NCBI GenBank assembly: GCA_938030665.1
Contig: CALHHY010000017.1
Location: 25 to 64,024 of the forward strand
Length of the DNA stretch: 64,000 nucleotides
Source: an uncultured Litoreibacter sp.
GTDB lineage: Bacteria; Pseudomonadota; Alphaproteobacteria; Rhodobacterales; Rhodobacteraceae
Direction: 5' to 3'
The notes below the pieces were generated by a model. It was given only the letters and a program-made list of their open reading frames with translations, did no database searches and was not told the DNA's origin. Position 1 is the stretch's first letter. Every line of letters begins with the position of its first letter. Position numbers and translations under genes: made by a program. Shown here piece by piece: positions 48,494 to 58,050 of the stretch.

Positions 48494-48585
48494 GGGATCT
48501 CAACGGGCGGCTAGGCAGCTTGTCTGATTTGTGCTACCAGTTGTCAAAAAAAGAGCAGATAAAAAAAACGACAGGCAGGTTCCCT

Positions 48586-49641
48586 ATGCAGACCGGGTTG
48601 GGCGGCACATTTGTGCTGACCGCAGATCAAACGACGCTGGACGGTGCCCCCGCCTTGCGTGGCTTCAATGCGCGTGTGGGGCAAAGCTGGCGGTGGATGG
48701 GCCGCGCCTTGCGGCTTGATACGGGCCAGCCCGCGCGACCGGCAGGACAGCCCGCCGGGCCTGCGCTTTGGCGCGAGACAATTGCCGCCGCCCTTAGCGA
48801 ACGCGACGGGGGCGCGACGACGCAGATCACAGGTACCGGCCTCAACGACGCGCTGACCGATGGCTTTATCGTCAGCGACGGGATTACTGAGTTCACGCTG
48901 GTGCCGATCTCGCTTGAGGGCAGCGCCTGGGACCTGATCTGGTGCCCCAACGGGGTGCCTGCCGCAGATCAGAGCTATACGGTCGTGGATGTGGCCCCCG
49001 ACGCCCCGCGCCCCCGCCGAGCCGAGCTGTCAGAGCCGGGCGGCGTCATCTGCTTCACCGCCGGCACCCATTTGCGTACCCCCACAGGCACTTGCCGGGT
49101 GGAGGATCTGCGCCCCGGTGACCTGGTCCAGACCCGCGACAATGGCCCGCAGGAGGTTTGCTGGATCGGCAGCCGCCACCTGACCGGCGCGCGGCTTTAC
49201 GCCATGCCTGCTCTGCGGCCGGTGCGTATCCGGGCCGATGCGGTCTCGGCCGCGGTGCCGGACGTGGATTTGCTTGTCTCCCCCGATCACCGGATGCTGC
49301 ATGCCGGCCCCCGCGCCGCCGCGCTCTTTAACACGCAGGAAGTGCTGCTACGCGCCCGTGACATGGTCGACGACCGCCGGGTGCTGGTGGATCACAGCCT
49401 GCGGGAGGTCACCTATTTCCACGTTATGTTCGAGGGGCATCAGCTGATCTGGGCCAACAACATGGCAACCGAAAGCTTCCACCCGGCCCATATGCCGCTG
49501 GAGGCCATCGCGCCCGCGCAACGCGCGACATTGCTGGCACGCTTCCCTGAGCTGCAGCAGGATGCTGGCAGCTACGGACCGCTGGCGCGGCGCAACCTCT
49601 CCAAGCCGGAGGCCGCGATCCTGCTTTACGACCAGATCTAG
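48586..49641 (+). CDS. Hint-domain protein (B-type bacterial intein-like)
   Basis: VICFTAGT, GDLVQTRDNG, LLVSPDHRML, YFHVMF..H..IWAN...TESFHP. Confidence 0.88.
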   Translation: MQTGLGGTFVLTADQTTLDGAPALRGFNARVGQSWRWMGRALRLDTGQPARPAGQPAGPALWRETIAAALSERDGGATTQITGTGLNDALTDGFIVSDGITEFTLVPISLEGSAWDLIWCPNGVPAADQSYTVVDVAPDAPRPRRAELSEPGGVICFTAGTHLRTPTGTCRVEDLRPGDLVQTRDNGPQEVCWIGSRHLTGARLYAMPALRPVRIRADAVSAAVPDVDLLVSPDHRMLHAGPRAAALFNTQEVLLRARDMVDDRRVLVDHSLREVTYFHVMFEGHQLIWANNMATESFHPAHMPLEAIAPAQRATLLARFPELQQDAGSYGPLARRNLSKPEAAILLYDQI

Positions 49642-49643
49642 CC

Positions 49644-50342
49644 GTGACGCGGCTGGCAACCTATCTGCGCGGCCATTGGCAGCTGCTGGCGCTGACGGCG
49701 CTGGTTTTCGCGCTGTGGTCGACGCCCGTCGTGGTGCCGCTGAAAATCCTGGTGGTCTACTTGCATGAGCTGTCCCACGGGGCGGCGGCCATTCTGACCG
49801 GCGGGCAGATTGAGCAGATCAATGTCTCCCCCCAGATCGGCGGGTTTGCGGTGACGCGCGGCGGGTCGCGCTTTGCAATCCTGACGGCGGGGTATCTGGG
49901 CTCCCTCCTGATCGGGGTCGGCCTGCTGATCGCCGCGCTGAAGGGCCCCGCGGATCGCTGGATCGTGGCGGGGCTGGGCGCGGTGACACTGTTGGTGACG
50001 GTGCTTTACATGCGCGACATTTTCACCATTGCCTTTGGCTGTCTGACGGGGGCAGCGATGCTGGCTTGTGGCCGGTGGCTCAGCCATGCGGTCAACGACC
50101 TGGCGCTGCGGGTGATCGGGTTGTCGAGCATGATTTACGTGCCTTACGACATTTATGACGACACGATCCGGCGCCCGCATCTGCGATCTGACGCCCGGAT
50201 GCTGGCGGAGGAATTTGGCGGCACCACGATGCTATGGGGCGCGCTGTGGTTGCTGGTCAGCCTGCTGGTCATCGGCTGGGCGCTAAGGGCTGGGCTGGGC
50301 CGGTACAGCAATCTGCCCTGGCCCGGCGGCAAAGGCGGTTGA
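49644..50342 (+). CDS. M50B family membrane metallopeptidase
   Basis: HELSH zinc motif, AGYLG, SDA motif, multiple TM; GTG start 2 bp after Hint gene. Confidence 0.85.
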   Translation: MTRLATYLRGHWQLLALTALVFALWSTPVVVPLKILVVYLHELSHGAAAILTGGQIEQINVSPQIGGFAVTRGGSRFAILTAGYLGSLLIGVGLLIAALKGPADRWIVAGLGAVTLLVTVLYMRDIFTIAFGCLTGAAMLACGRWLSHAVNDLALRVIGLSSMIYVPYDIYDDTIRRPHLRSDARMLAEEFGGTTMLWGALWLLVSLLVIGWALRAGLGRYSNLPWPGGKGG

Positions 50343-50366
50343 CTCCGTTATCGCGGCCTCTATAAG
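50339..50366 (+). promoter_or_regulatory. Sigma70 promoter of rpsD
   Basis: TTGACT-16 bp-TATAAG. Confidence 0.7.
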
Positions 50367-50378
50367 CGCGGCTTCATT

Positions 50379-50475
50379 GGTGTTGGTGGCCCCCGTAAGG
50401 GGATGCCCTGTCGCTGCGACAAAATTCGCAGAGAGGACAACGCCCTTCACGCCCGCAAGGGTACCTTAGAAGGAG
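50379..50475 (+). promoter_or_regulatory. Structured rpsD 5' leader (candidate S4 autoregulatory element)
   Basis: Several stems incl. CCCC-GTAA-GGGG and CCC-GCAA-GGG; CCTTC can pair with GAAGG of the SD. Confidence 0.5.
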
Positions 50476-50483
50476 ATCAGCAA

Positions 50484-51104
50484 GTGACGAAACGTACTGC
50501 TGCCAAATACAAGATTGACCGCCGGATGGGCGAAAATATCTGGGGTCGTCCGAAATCGCCGGTAAACCGCCGCGAATATGGCCCCGGCCAGCACGGCCAA
50601 CGCCGCAAGGGCAAACTGTCCGACTTCGGTTTGCAGCTGCGCGCCAAGCAGAAGCTGAAAGGCTACTACGGCGACCTGACCGAGAAGCAATTCAAGCGCA
50701 TCTATCTGGAAGCCGCTCGTGTCAAAGGCGACACCGGTGAGAACCTGATCGGCCTGCTGGAACGCCGCCTGGACGCCGTCGTTTACCGCGCCAAATTCGT
50801 GCCGACCGTGTTTGCGGCCCGCCAATTCGTCAACCACGGCCACGTCCGGGTGAATGGCCAAAAGGTCAACATCCCTTCCTACCGTGTAAAGGAAGGCGAC
50901 GTGATCGAGGTCCGTGACCGCTCCAAGCAAAACGTTGCTGTGCTGGAAGCTGTGCAGCTGGCTGAACGTGACGTGCCTGAATATATCGAGGCCGATCACT
51001 CCAAGATGACCGCGACCTTCGTGCGCACTCCGGGCTTGGGCGATGTGCCTTACCCGGTGATGATGGAGCCGAACCTCGTCATCGAATATTACGCGCAGAA
51101 CTAA
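50484..51104 (+). CDS. rpsD: 30S ribosomal protein S4
   Basis: [33 protein letters not shown]; GTG start after AAGGAG. Confidence 0.99.
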   Translation: MTKRTAAKYKIDRRMGENIWGRPKSPVNRREYGPGQHGQRRKGKLSDFGLQLRAKQKLKGYYGDLTEKQFKRIYLEAARVKGDTGENLIGLLERRLDAVVYRAKFVPTVFAARQFVNHGHVRVNGQKVNIPSYRVKEGDVIEVRDRSKQNVAVLEAVQLAERDVPEYIEADHSKMTATFVRTPGLGDVPYPVMMEPNLVIEYYAQN

Positions 51105-51131
51105 GCACTTCTGTTGCATTCTTAACACGAG

Positions 51132-51156
51132 AAGCCGCCCCTTTGGGCGGCTTTTT
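51132..51156 (+). terminator. Rho-independent terminator of rpsD
   Basis: AAGCCGCCC-CTTT-GGGCGGCTT then TTT. Confidence 0.9.
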
Positions 51157-51305
51157 GCTGCTTTGGGGTTGCCCGCCGCCGACGCTGGCTATTCTAGTGC
51201 GCATCAGTAACGTGCCGGCTTGGGGGAGACGGGCGCGCGATGTTTCGGGTGACCAGTCTAAAAGAGATTGATGAAATACGCTGCCAGAGTTTTGAAGGAG
51301 ACTCT

Positions 51306-53177
51306 ATGCGCAAGTCGCCCTATCGCCGCCCCGTGGCCCCGAGCCACAGCGAAGCACAGAGTGACCCGGATACCGTTGCGACCGCCGGCCCCACCTCCGA
51401 GGCGGAGCCGCCAAACGCACGTGTAACGGCCAATGATCTGATCCGCAGCGAGCATTTTCAGCAACGCATTGTCGCGGCCCGCGAAAAGCGTGCGCGCACG
51501 TTGGCAGCCCGAAACGAGTTCGCTCAAGAGCTGGCCGACCCGGCAGAACCTGCCGCCTTGGCGCCTCGCTTTACGCCTTTGCCCGAAATGGCCGAGGCAC
51601 AAGCACCTGATATGACCCCGGCCTTTGACAGCGCTGACGATAGCGACGCACCCGCCTTCGTGCATGTGGGATACCAGCAGCCGCTGACACCCGCCGCATA
51701 CGTCCATCACCCCGCGCCGACGGAGGCCACGGATTTCGCCGACACCGCCTCGCCCGAAAACCGCTACAGCCCGGATGAGCCTGGGTTGGTTGGCGTGGGT
51801 CACCTTGTTCTGCCCGGTTTGACCGCCGCTGGCGGCTTTGCTCTGACCGCCGGGCAACGGCTCCGGTCCGAGGCATCCCGGCTTCCAGCTCTTGTTACGG
51901 CCCTGACGGCCAACTGGCGCATGCCATCGGTTGATCTCGCCCCTTTTGTCGGTGCCGCCTCCGGTGCCGTCGCGTCGCTGCGCAAGCGACGGCATTTGGC
52001 CGTGCCCCTTGGCGCGGCGGCCGCTGTCGCGTTGCTCGCTTGGGGTTTGCTGTCATTCGGCGGCGGGCAGGAACCTGCCAGCTTGGCGGAGGCGCCCGAG
52101 GCGGCCCCTGCCGCGCCTGAAACGGTGCTGGTGAAAACCGCGCCCACGCAGCCCGGCGACCTGCTCTTGACCTACGCGCCGCAGATGCCGGCGCCCCCGA
52201 TGCCCGTGTACGGGGCCATCGGGGTGGACAATACGGGCCTTGTGCAGCTTGCGGGTTTCAACCCCGCCAAGTCGGATGCCTTCGGGTTGCCCGGCCCAAA
52301 TGGCGTGCCTTGGCCGAAGATCGTCCTGTCAGAACTGACCGGTCAAACCGTGCGCCCGGTGCCGCGCCCCGCAGCCTCCGCCCCCGACGCGAAAGAGGAG
52401 GCCATCGCCTTGGCCGTAAATGCAGCCCTGCTGGTCGCCCTTGGCGAGGCGGATACGCCAGCTTCGCCGACGCCCGCGCCTGAAGTCACGGACGCGGCAA
52501 CGGAGGCCCCGCAAGCTGACGCGCCGCTGCTGGCCTCAGGTCAATCCGGTGCGCAGCCCGACCGGCCGATGGTTCTACACATGCAGCAAGGCCCCGACCC
52601 GGAGGCCATGGCGGCCACGCTGACGCAGGTGGTCGATCTGGTCACTCCGCATGTCACAACCCGGGAGGTCCCGTTCGAGATCGCACGATCTCATGTGCGG
52701 GTCTACCACGCCAAGGATGAGGCCGCCGCGCGCGGCGTGGCGGAACTGCTTGGCATTGAGCTGCGCCCGATGAAGCTGGCCGGCAACCTGCCACCTGAAG
52801 GGTTGATTGAACTGTGGTGGCATGGGGCGTCCGCAGATGTTCAGCTCGCTGCCCTCCCCAAACGTCGCGCGTCCAAGCCGGTACTTCTGCGCGTGGCCGA
52901 ACCCTCTGTCGCAGCGGCCGTCCCACAACGCGGTCCGGCTCGCGCGCCCAATGGCGCGGCCTGGGCAAGCGCGCCAGAGTTTGCGCCGCAGGTCAGCACC
53001 GAGGTGATCACACCGGTCACCCGCGACATCCCAGTTACCATTCGCCAGCCTCTGCCAACCGTGGCCACGACAGACGCCGCAGGGCAGGAACCGCGCGGGC
53101 TCGGACGCATCTTTAAACGGCTGCGCGTGCGGAAAACGGCGGCGGAGCAGCCGGTCGATCTGGCCGATGCCAGTTAG
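51306..53177 (+). CDS. Large Ala/Pro-rich bitopic membrane protein of unknown function
   Basis: AAGGAG RBS; KRRH then hydrophobic helix; RPVPRP; folded-looking C-terminal block SHVRVYHAKDEAAARGVA...GLIELWW. Confidence 0.65.
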   Translation: MRKSPYRRPVAPSHSEAQSDPDTVATAGPTSEAEPPNARVTANDLIRSEHFQQRIVAAREKRARTLAARNEFAQELADPAEPAALAPRFTPLPEMAEAQAPDMTPAFDSADDSDAPAFVHVGYQQPLTPAAYVHHPAPTEATDFADTASPENRYSPDEPGLVGVGHLVLPGLTAAGGFALTAGQRLRSEASRLPALVTALTANWRMPSVDLAPFVGAASGAVASLRKRRHLAVPLGAAAAVALLAWGLLSFGGGQEPASLAEAPEAAPAAPETVLVKTAPTQPGDLLLTYAPQMPAPPMPVYGAIGVDNTGLVQLAGFNPAKSDAFGLPGPNGVPWPKIVLSELTGQTVRPVPRPAASAPDAKEEAIALAVNAALLVALGEADTPASPTPAPEVTDAATEAPQADAPLLASGQSGAQPDRPMVLHMQQGPDPEAMAATLTQVVDLVTPHVTTREVPFEIARSHVRVYHAKDEAAARGVAELLGIELRPMKLAGNLPPEGLIELWWHGASADVQLAALPKRRASKPVLLRVAEPSVAAAVPQRGPARAPNGAAWASAPEFAPQVSTEVITPVTRDIPVTIRQPLPTVATTDAAGQEPRGLGRIFKRLRVRKTAAEQPVDLADAS

Positions 53178-53199
53178 GGTACTGGCAGCGCTTGTCTGA

Positions 53200-53970
53200 T
53201 CAGCTTGGGGCGGGAAGGCCAAGCGCCGCGCGCCCCTCTGCCGTTTTCATGGAGAAATCCTGCCCCAGCCATGCATCACCGCCCGGCCCGCACAGATAGG
53301 CCAGCGCCTGCGCCACCCATTCGGCGGGGATATGGACATCCCAGTCTAGCCGGCTGACCGGGTTGATGCCGCTGTCGCGGATTTGTTCCTGCATCTGGGT
53401 GGCCACGGTGCCCGGCGACAGGCCCATGACCCGGATGCCATGTTCCGCCATTTCCTTATGCCCGCATTTGGTCAGGGACAGCACCGCTGCCTTGGTGGTG
53501 CAATAGTGGCTCCAGCCTTCCAGCGCGCCGGTTGCGGCACCGGAGGAGATGTTGATCACCGTGCCCGCGCCCTGATCCTGCATCACGGGCAGCGCGGCGC
53601 GGTAGCCGTGATAGACGCCTTTGAGGTTCACATCGACCACCAGCGACCATTCCTCCGGGTCGCTGTCGGTGATGCGCGCCACCGGGTCAATGAGCCCCGC
53701 ATTGTTGATCAGCACGTCGACGCGGCCAAAGATGTCGCGCGCTTGTGAGACCGCGTTTTCCACCTCGTGATACCAGCTGACGTCGCAGGCCAGGCCAATG
53801 GCGGTGCCGCCATCCTTCTCGATCTCCTTGGCGATCCGCTTCACCGCCTCATCCGTGCGGGCGAGCAACATGACCTTCGCGCCCTGCTTGGCGAAGTGGC
53901 GGGCCGCGGCCTCCCCAATGCCGCGGCTGGCGCCGGTGATGATCACGGTTTTGTCTTTGAGGTCGGACAT
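53200..53970 (-). CDS. Short-chain dehydrogenase/reductase
   Basis: ITGASRGIG, INNAG, YCTTK, SPGTVAT. Confidence 0.93.
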   Translation of the reverse strand: MSDLKDKTVIITGASRGIGEAAARHFAKQGAKVMLLARTDEAVKRIAKEIEKDGGTAIGLACDVSWYHEVENAVSQARDIFGRVDVLINNAGLIDPVARITDSDPEEWSLVVDVNLKGVYHGYRAALPVMQDQGAGTVINISSGAATGALEGWSHYCTTKAAVLSLTKCGHKEMAEHGIRVMGLSPGTVATQMQEQIRDSGINPVSRLDWDVHIPAEWVAQALAYLCGPGGDAWLGQDFSMKTAEGRAALGLPAPS

Positions 53971-54088
53971 GGGGGGTGGGCCTTTTGCTATGATGCCTGT
54001 CTACCCTACCCAAATGCCGGGGCACGGGGCAATCAATTGTGGCGGCAACCCCTCGCCATCGCCGGCAAACAGGCGTATCGGTGGCGCC

Positions 54089-55333
54089 ATGATCGGCGAT
54101 AGCATCCGAACCCTGCCTCTGGCCGAGGCGCGCAAGCTGCCCTTTGTCCGGCAGCCCGTGTTCCTGCTGTTTCTGATGGCCTTTGCCATGCCGATTGCCT
54201 TTGCCACGTGGTCGGCGCTGCTGAACAATTTCGTCATCGAGGCCGCAGGTTTCACCGGGGTCGAAATCGGCTGGCTGCACACGGTGCGCGAGATTCCGGG
54301 CTTTCTGGCCGTGGGCGTGATCTTTCTGATCATCTTCGTACGGGAGCAGGTGCTGGGTTTGACTTCGCTGATCTTGTTGGGCGGGGCGTCGGCAATGACC
54401 GCCTATTTCCCCAGTTTTGGTGGCATTCTGGTGCTGACGCTGATCTCTTCCGTCGGGTTCCATTATTATGAGACGGTCAACCAGTCCCTACAGCTCCAAT
54501 GGATCGAGAAGGACAAAGCCCCGCAGCTGCTGGGCTGGCTGACAGCGGCAGGCTCTTTTGCGTCGCTTGTTGCTTACGGGCTTTTGGTGCTGACCTGGAA
54601 AGCCTTCGATCTGAGCTACAGCTTTGTTTACGTTACCTCGGGCGGCATCACGGTGGCGATTGCCGTTTTCGCGTTGATCTACTTCCCGCAATTCGAAGCG
54701 CCAGACCCCCAGATCAAGAAAATGGTGCTGCGCCGCCGCTACTGGCTCTACTACGCGCTGCAATTCGTCTCCGGCGCGCGGCGGCAGATCTTCGTTGTCT
54801 TCGCCGCTTTCATGATGGTGGAGCATTTCAATTTCGAAGTTCATGAGGTCACATCGCTGTTTCTGATCAACTACGTCGCCAACATGATCTTCGCCCCGCT
54901 GATCGGCCGCGCCATCCACCGCTATGGGGAACGCAACATGCTGCTGTTTGAATATACCGGGCTCAGCCTGGTGTTTCTGGCCTATGGCGGCATCTATTAT
55001 TTCGGCTGGGGGGTGCTGGTCGGGGCCAGCCTTTACGTGGCCAACCATATCTTCTTCTCAATGGCCTTCGCGCTGAAAACCTATTTCCAGAAAATTGCAG
55101 CGCCCGAAGATATCGCCCCGACCGCCGCAGTGGCCTTCACCATCAACCACATCGCGGCTGTTTTTCTGCCCGCGCTGCTGGGATACCTTTGGATTGTCAA
55201 CGAGGTCAGCGTCTTTGTGCTGGCCGCTGGCATGGCGCTAACCTCGCTTATCCTATCGGCGCTGATCCCGCGTCACCCTGTGCCGGGGCATGAGACAATT
55301 TTCGCAGGCGGGCACCGCGCAGCAGCGGAGTAG
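54089..55333 (+). CDS. MFS transporter
   Basis: About 12 TM; [36 protein letters not shown]. Confidence 0.9.
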   Translation: MIGDSIRTLPLAEARKLPFVRQPVFLLFLMAFAMPIAFATWSALLNNFVIEAAGFTGVEIGWLHTVREIPGFLAVGVIFLIIFVREQVLGLTSLILLGGASAMTAYFPSFGGILVLTLISSVGFHYYETVNQSLQLQWIEKDKAPQLLGWLTAAGSFASLVAYGLLVLTWKAFDLSYSFVYVTSGGITVAIAVFALIYFPQFEAPDPQIKKMVLRRRYWLYYALQFVSGARRQIFVVFAAFMMVEHFNFEVHEVTSLFLINYVANMIFAPLIGRAIHRYGERNMLLFEYTGLSLVFLAYGGIYYFGWGVLVGASLYVANHIFFSMAFALKTYFQKIAAPEDIAPTAAVAFTINHIAAVFLPALLGYLWIVNEVSVFVLAAGMALTSLILSALIPRHPVPGHETIFAGGHRAAAE

Positions 55334-55357
55334 AAATCCCCGGCGGGATGCCTATCT
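55331..55357 (+). promoter_or_regulatory. Possible RpoH-type promoter of msrA
   Basis: TAGAA-15 bp-CCTATCT; -10 fits the alphaproteobacterial RpoH consensus, -35 is imperfect. Confidence 0.35.
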
Positions 55358-55385
55358 TATGGGACAACGCGAAGGGAGACTTGAG

Positions 55386-56036
55386 ATGTTTGGATTTGCC
55401 CGCAAGAAGACCGAGATGGTGACCCGTGACACTGCCCTGCCGGGGCGCGGCGCGGCGATCCCAACGGCCACGACCCATTATGTCAACGGCAACCCGCTTT
55501 CGGCCGATGTGCCCGACGGCATGGCAGAGGCCATGTTTGGTATGGGTTGTTTCTGGGGCGTGGAGCGGATGTTCTGGAAGCTCGACGGCGTCTATTCCAC
55601 GATGGTGGGCTATGCGGGCGGCTTCACGCCAAACGCCACCTATCAGGAGGTGTGCACCGGCAAGACCGGCCATAACGAGGTGGTGCGCGTGGTCTATGAC
55701 CCGGCGGCGATTTCCTACGAGGCGCTGTTGCAGGTCTTCTGGGAGGGGCATGACCCGACACAAGGCATGCGGCAGGGAAATGACATGGGCACGCAGTACC
55801 GCTCAGGCATCTACGCCTATAACGAGGCGCAGAAAGAGGCGGCCCTTGCCTCCAAGGCGGGCTTCGCGCCCCGCTTGAAGGCGGCAGGCTTTGGCCCCAT
55901 CACGACGGAGATTGTCGACGCCCCCCCCTTCTTCTTTGCTGAGGATTACCACCAGCAATACCTTGCCAAAAATCCGGGCGGCTATTGCGGGATCGGCGGC
56001 ACAGGGGTCACTTGTCCGGTCGGTACCAACGCCTGA
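55386..56036 (+). CDS. msrA: Peptide-methionine (S)-S-oxide reductase
   Basis: [35 protein letters not shown]. Confidence 0.98.
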   Translation: MFGFARKKTEMVTRDTALPGRGAAIPTATTHYVNGNPLSADVPDGMAEAMFGMGCFWGVERMFWKLDGVYSTMVGYAGGFTPNATYQEVCTGKTGHNEVVRVVYDPAAISYEALLQVFWEGHDPTQGMRQGNDMGTQYRSGIYAYNEAQKEAALASKAGFAPRLKAAGFGPITTEIVDAPPFFFAEDYHQQYLAKNPGGYCGIGGTGVTCPVGTNA

Positions 56037-56137
56037 CCCGCTACGGGACGCCGCCCCCTGGTGTAGGGGGCGGCAACAGGCGTTGACCGCTCCGGCGCAT
56101 CCGACTAGGGGTGCAGCCCATCTGACTAGGAGGGGCC

Positions 56138-57007
56138 ATGCCGACCTATACCGCATTGACGACACTTATGGGGGAGGGCCCGGCCCAGACCCTTGGCGAG
56201 GCGCTTGAGACGCTTGAGCCCGCACCCACCGGGGTGGGCGTGTTCGAGGTCGAAGACGGCTCCGGTCTGTGGGAAGTGGGCGGCTACTTTCTGGCCCCGC
56301 CCGACGACATCGCGCTGGCGCTGCTGGCGGCGGCGCATGATGCCAAAGCTTTCGTCGTCTCCGAAGTGCCTGACCAGGATTGGGTAGCCCATGTCCGGCG
56401 CGAGCTTGCCCCGGTGGAGACGGGCCGCTTCTTTGTCTATGGCAGCCATGACGCGGACAAGGTGCCGGAGGGCAAGATCAGCCTGCTGATCGAGGCCGCT
56501 ATGGCCTTTGGCACCGGCCATCACGGCACGACCTTGGGCTGCCTGATGTTGCTGGAGGATCACATCGCGGAAGGCCGGGTCTCGCAGAACTGTGCGGATA
56601 TCGGTTGCGGGACGGCGGTTCTGGCCATGGCCGCCGCCGCCGTGTGGGGCAATAATGTGATTGCGAGCGATATCGACCCGGTCGCGGTCGAGGTAGCGGA
56701 GGCCAACCTTGCCGCCAATGACATGACGGGCCAAGTCACCTGTGTGGAGGCCGCGGGCTTTGATGCCCCCGCCTTGCAGGACGCGGCCCCCTATGACCTA
56801 ATTTTCGCCAACATCCTGAAGCCGCCGCTACTTGCCCTGGCCCCCGACATGGCACGCTGCACGGCCAAGGGCGGGACGATCATTTTGTCAGGTTTGTTGG
56901 TGGAGCAGGGGGATGACGTACAAGCGGCATATGAGCAACACGGGTTCGAATTGGTGCAGCGCCGCGACATTTCTGAGTGGACTGCCTTAAGATTAACAAA
57001 ATTTTAA
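56138..57007 (+). CDS. prmA: Ribosomal protein L11 methyltransferase
   Basis: AMAFGTGHHGTT, DIGCGTAVLA, DIDP, FANIL, LSGLL. Confidence 0.95.
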   Translation: MPTYTALTTLMGEGPAQTLGEALETLEPAPTGVGVFEVEDGSGLWEVGGYFLAPPDDIALALLAAAHDAKAFVVSEVPDQDWVAHVRRELAPVETGRFFVYGSHDADKVPEGKISLLIEAAMAFGTGHHGTTLGCLMLLEDHIAEGRVSQNCADIGCGTAVLAMAAAAVWGNNVIASDIDPVAVEVAEANLAANDMTGQVTCVEAAGFDAPALQDAAPYDLIFANILKPPLLALAPDMARCTAKGGTIILSGLLVEQGDDVQAAYEQHGFELVQRRDISEWTALRLTKF

Positions 57008-57008
57008 C
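56993..57008 (+). promoter_or_regulatory. CtrA full site
   Basis: TTAA-CAAAATT-TTAAC overlapping the prmA stop, about 75 bp upstream of the next gene. Confidence 0.75.
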
Positions 57009-57082
57009 GTTTTCTTTAGGCGTTCATGAGTTATTTTATATTATAAGTGACAGGGGTAACACAAATCTAGTCGAGGGATACC

Positions 57083-57436
57083 GTGGCCGACGCCAATAGA
57101 GAACAGTTTATGCAGCGCATTGGTGCGCTGAAAATGAAAGCCGATCCAAGAACCAAGGTCATCAAACGCGTCACAGAGGACGGGTTGGTGGTAACGGAAA
57201 CCAAATCCGCCGCTGCAGCGCGCCGTCTGCTGCCCATCAAGGGCATATTGGTCGCTGCCGGTCTTTTTGTGGCGGTGAAGGGATTTTTGCTGGCCGAACT
57301 GGGCGGGCCGGAATACCAGGCCCGGCTGGACGAGATGAAACAGGGCGGGGCCATCCAGGTATCGGCCGCTTTCCTGCTTGATGCCGATCCGGCAACCCGC
57401 AAGGTGGCCGACCTGCTGGCCAGAACGCTTCAGTAA
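57083..57436 (+). CDS. Small hypothetical membrane protein
   Basis: GTG start after GAGGG; one TM (LPIKGILVAAGLFVAVKGFLL); 117 aa. Confidence 0.75.
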   Translation: MADANREQFMQRIGALKMKADPRTKVIKRVTEDGLVVTETKSAAAARRLLPIKGILVAAGLFVAVKGFLLAELGGPEYQARLDEMKQGGAIQVSAAFLLDADPATRKVADLLARTLQ

Positions 57437-57484
57437 CGCCGCAGGGCGTTATCGGCTTGAATTCGGGGTTTGGCCGCCCGAATG

Positions 57485-57523
57485 AAAAAGGCCACGCCGA
57501 GCTGTCTCGCGCGTGGCCTTTTT
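57485..57523. terminator. Bidirectional Rho-independent terminator
   Basis: AAAAAGGCCACGC...GCGTGGCCTTTTT between convergent genes. Confidence 0.88.
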
Positions 57524-57544
57524 CGTTTCGCGCCGCTTGGCGGG

Positions 57545-57736
57545 TTACAGCGCGTTGATATCTGCCGAGGTCAGACCGATATCCTGCAGCTCGCGCGTGG
57601 TCAGCGTGCTCAGCGCGCGGCGGGTCAGGCGGCGGTCATTCCATGCAAGCACCGCGCCAAACAGGCGGGTCCACATATTGGTCGGGTTGGAGCGGGCGCC
57701 TTCAGACAGCGCGCGGGAGGTTTCGAAAACAGCCAT
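57545..57736 (-). CDS. DUF1127 (YjiS-like) small protein, 63 aa
   Basis: W..RR.TRRALSTLTTRELQDIGLT..DI; AAGGA RBS. Confidence 0.92.
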   Translation of the reverse strand: MAVFETSRALSEGARSNPTNMWTRLFGAVLAWNDRRLTRRALSTLTTRELQDIGLTSADINAL

Positions 57737-57830
57737 TGAAGTCGTCCTTTTCATTCTGGTTACAAATTAGGCGTTCTGCCTTGCTCATTGCGATTTAGTG
57801 GCGCGATCTATGAAAAACAATTCTCATCTG

Positions 57831-57847
57831 TGCATGCCCCCTATGCA
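57831..57847. promoter_or_regulatory. LysR-type dyad upstream of DUF1127 gene
   Basis: TGCAT-GCCCCCT-ATGCA perfect dyad. Confidence 0.55.
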
Positions 57848-57996
57848 ATTTCGGCATGTCGCAATTCTGACGTAATTAACTGAATTTTAGTCGTAATTTC
57901 TGTTGTCGGTCACTGATTGACCGGATGCCGTGTCGTAAGGCTGATCAAGCGGCGCGCATGATGGCATATTCGTGGAAACGGTGCTGCTTGGCAAAT

Positions 57997-58011
57997 GTTC
58001 TTGTTTCGTGC
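57997..58011 (+). promoter_or_regulatory. Alphaproteobacterial LexA (SOS) box upstream of ruvC
   Basis: GTTC-TTGTTTC-GTGC, one mismatch from GTTC-N7-GTTC. Confidence 0.65.
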
Positions 58012-58050
58012 TAACCCTTTCGCCAAGGCCAAAAAACAAGGCAGAGCAGC

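Noticed and set aside
48586-49641. Hint domain as a mobile intein
   Set aside because: No homing endonuclease, no terminal His-Asn, no interrupted host gene
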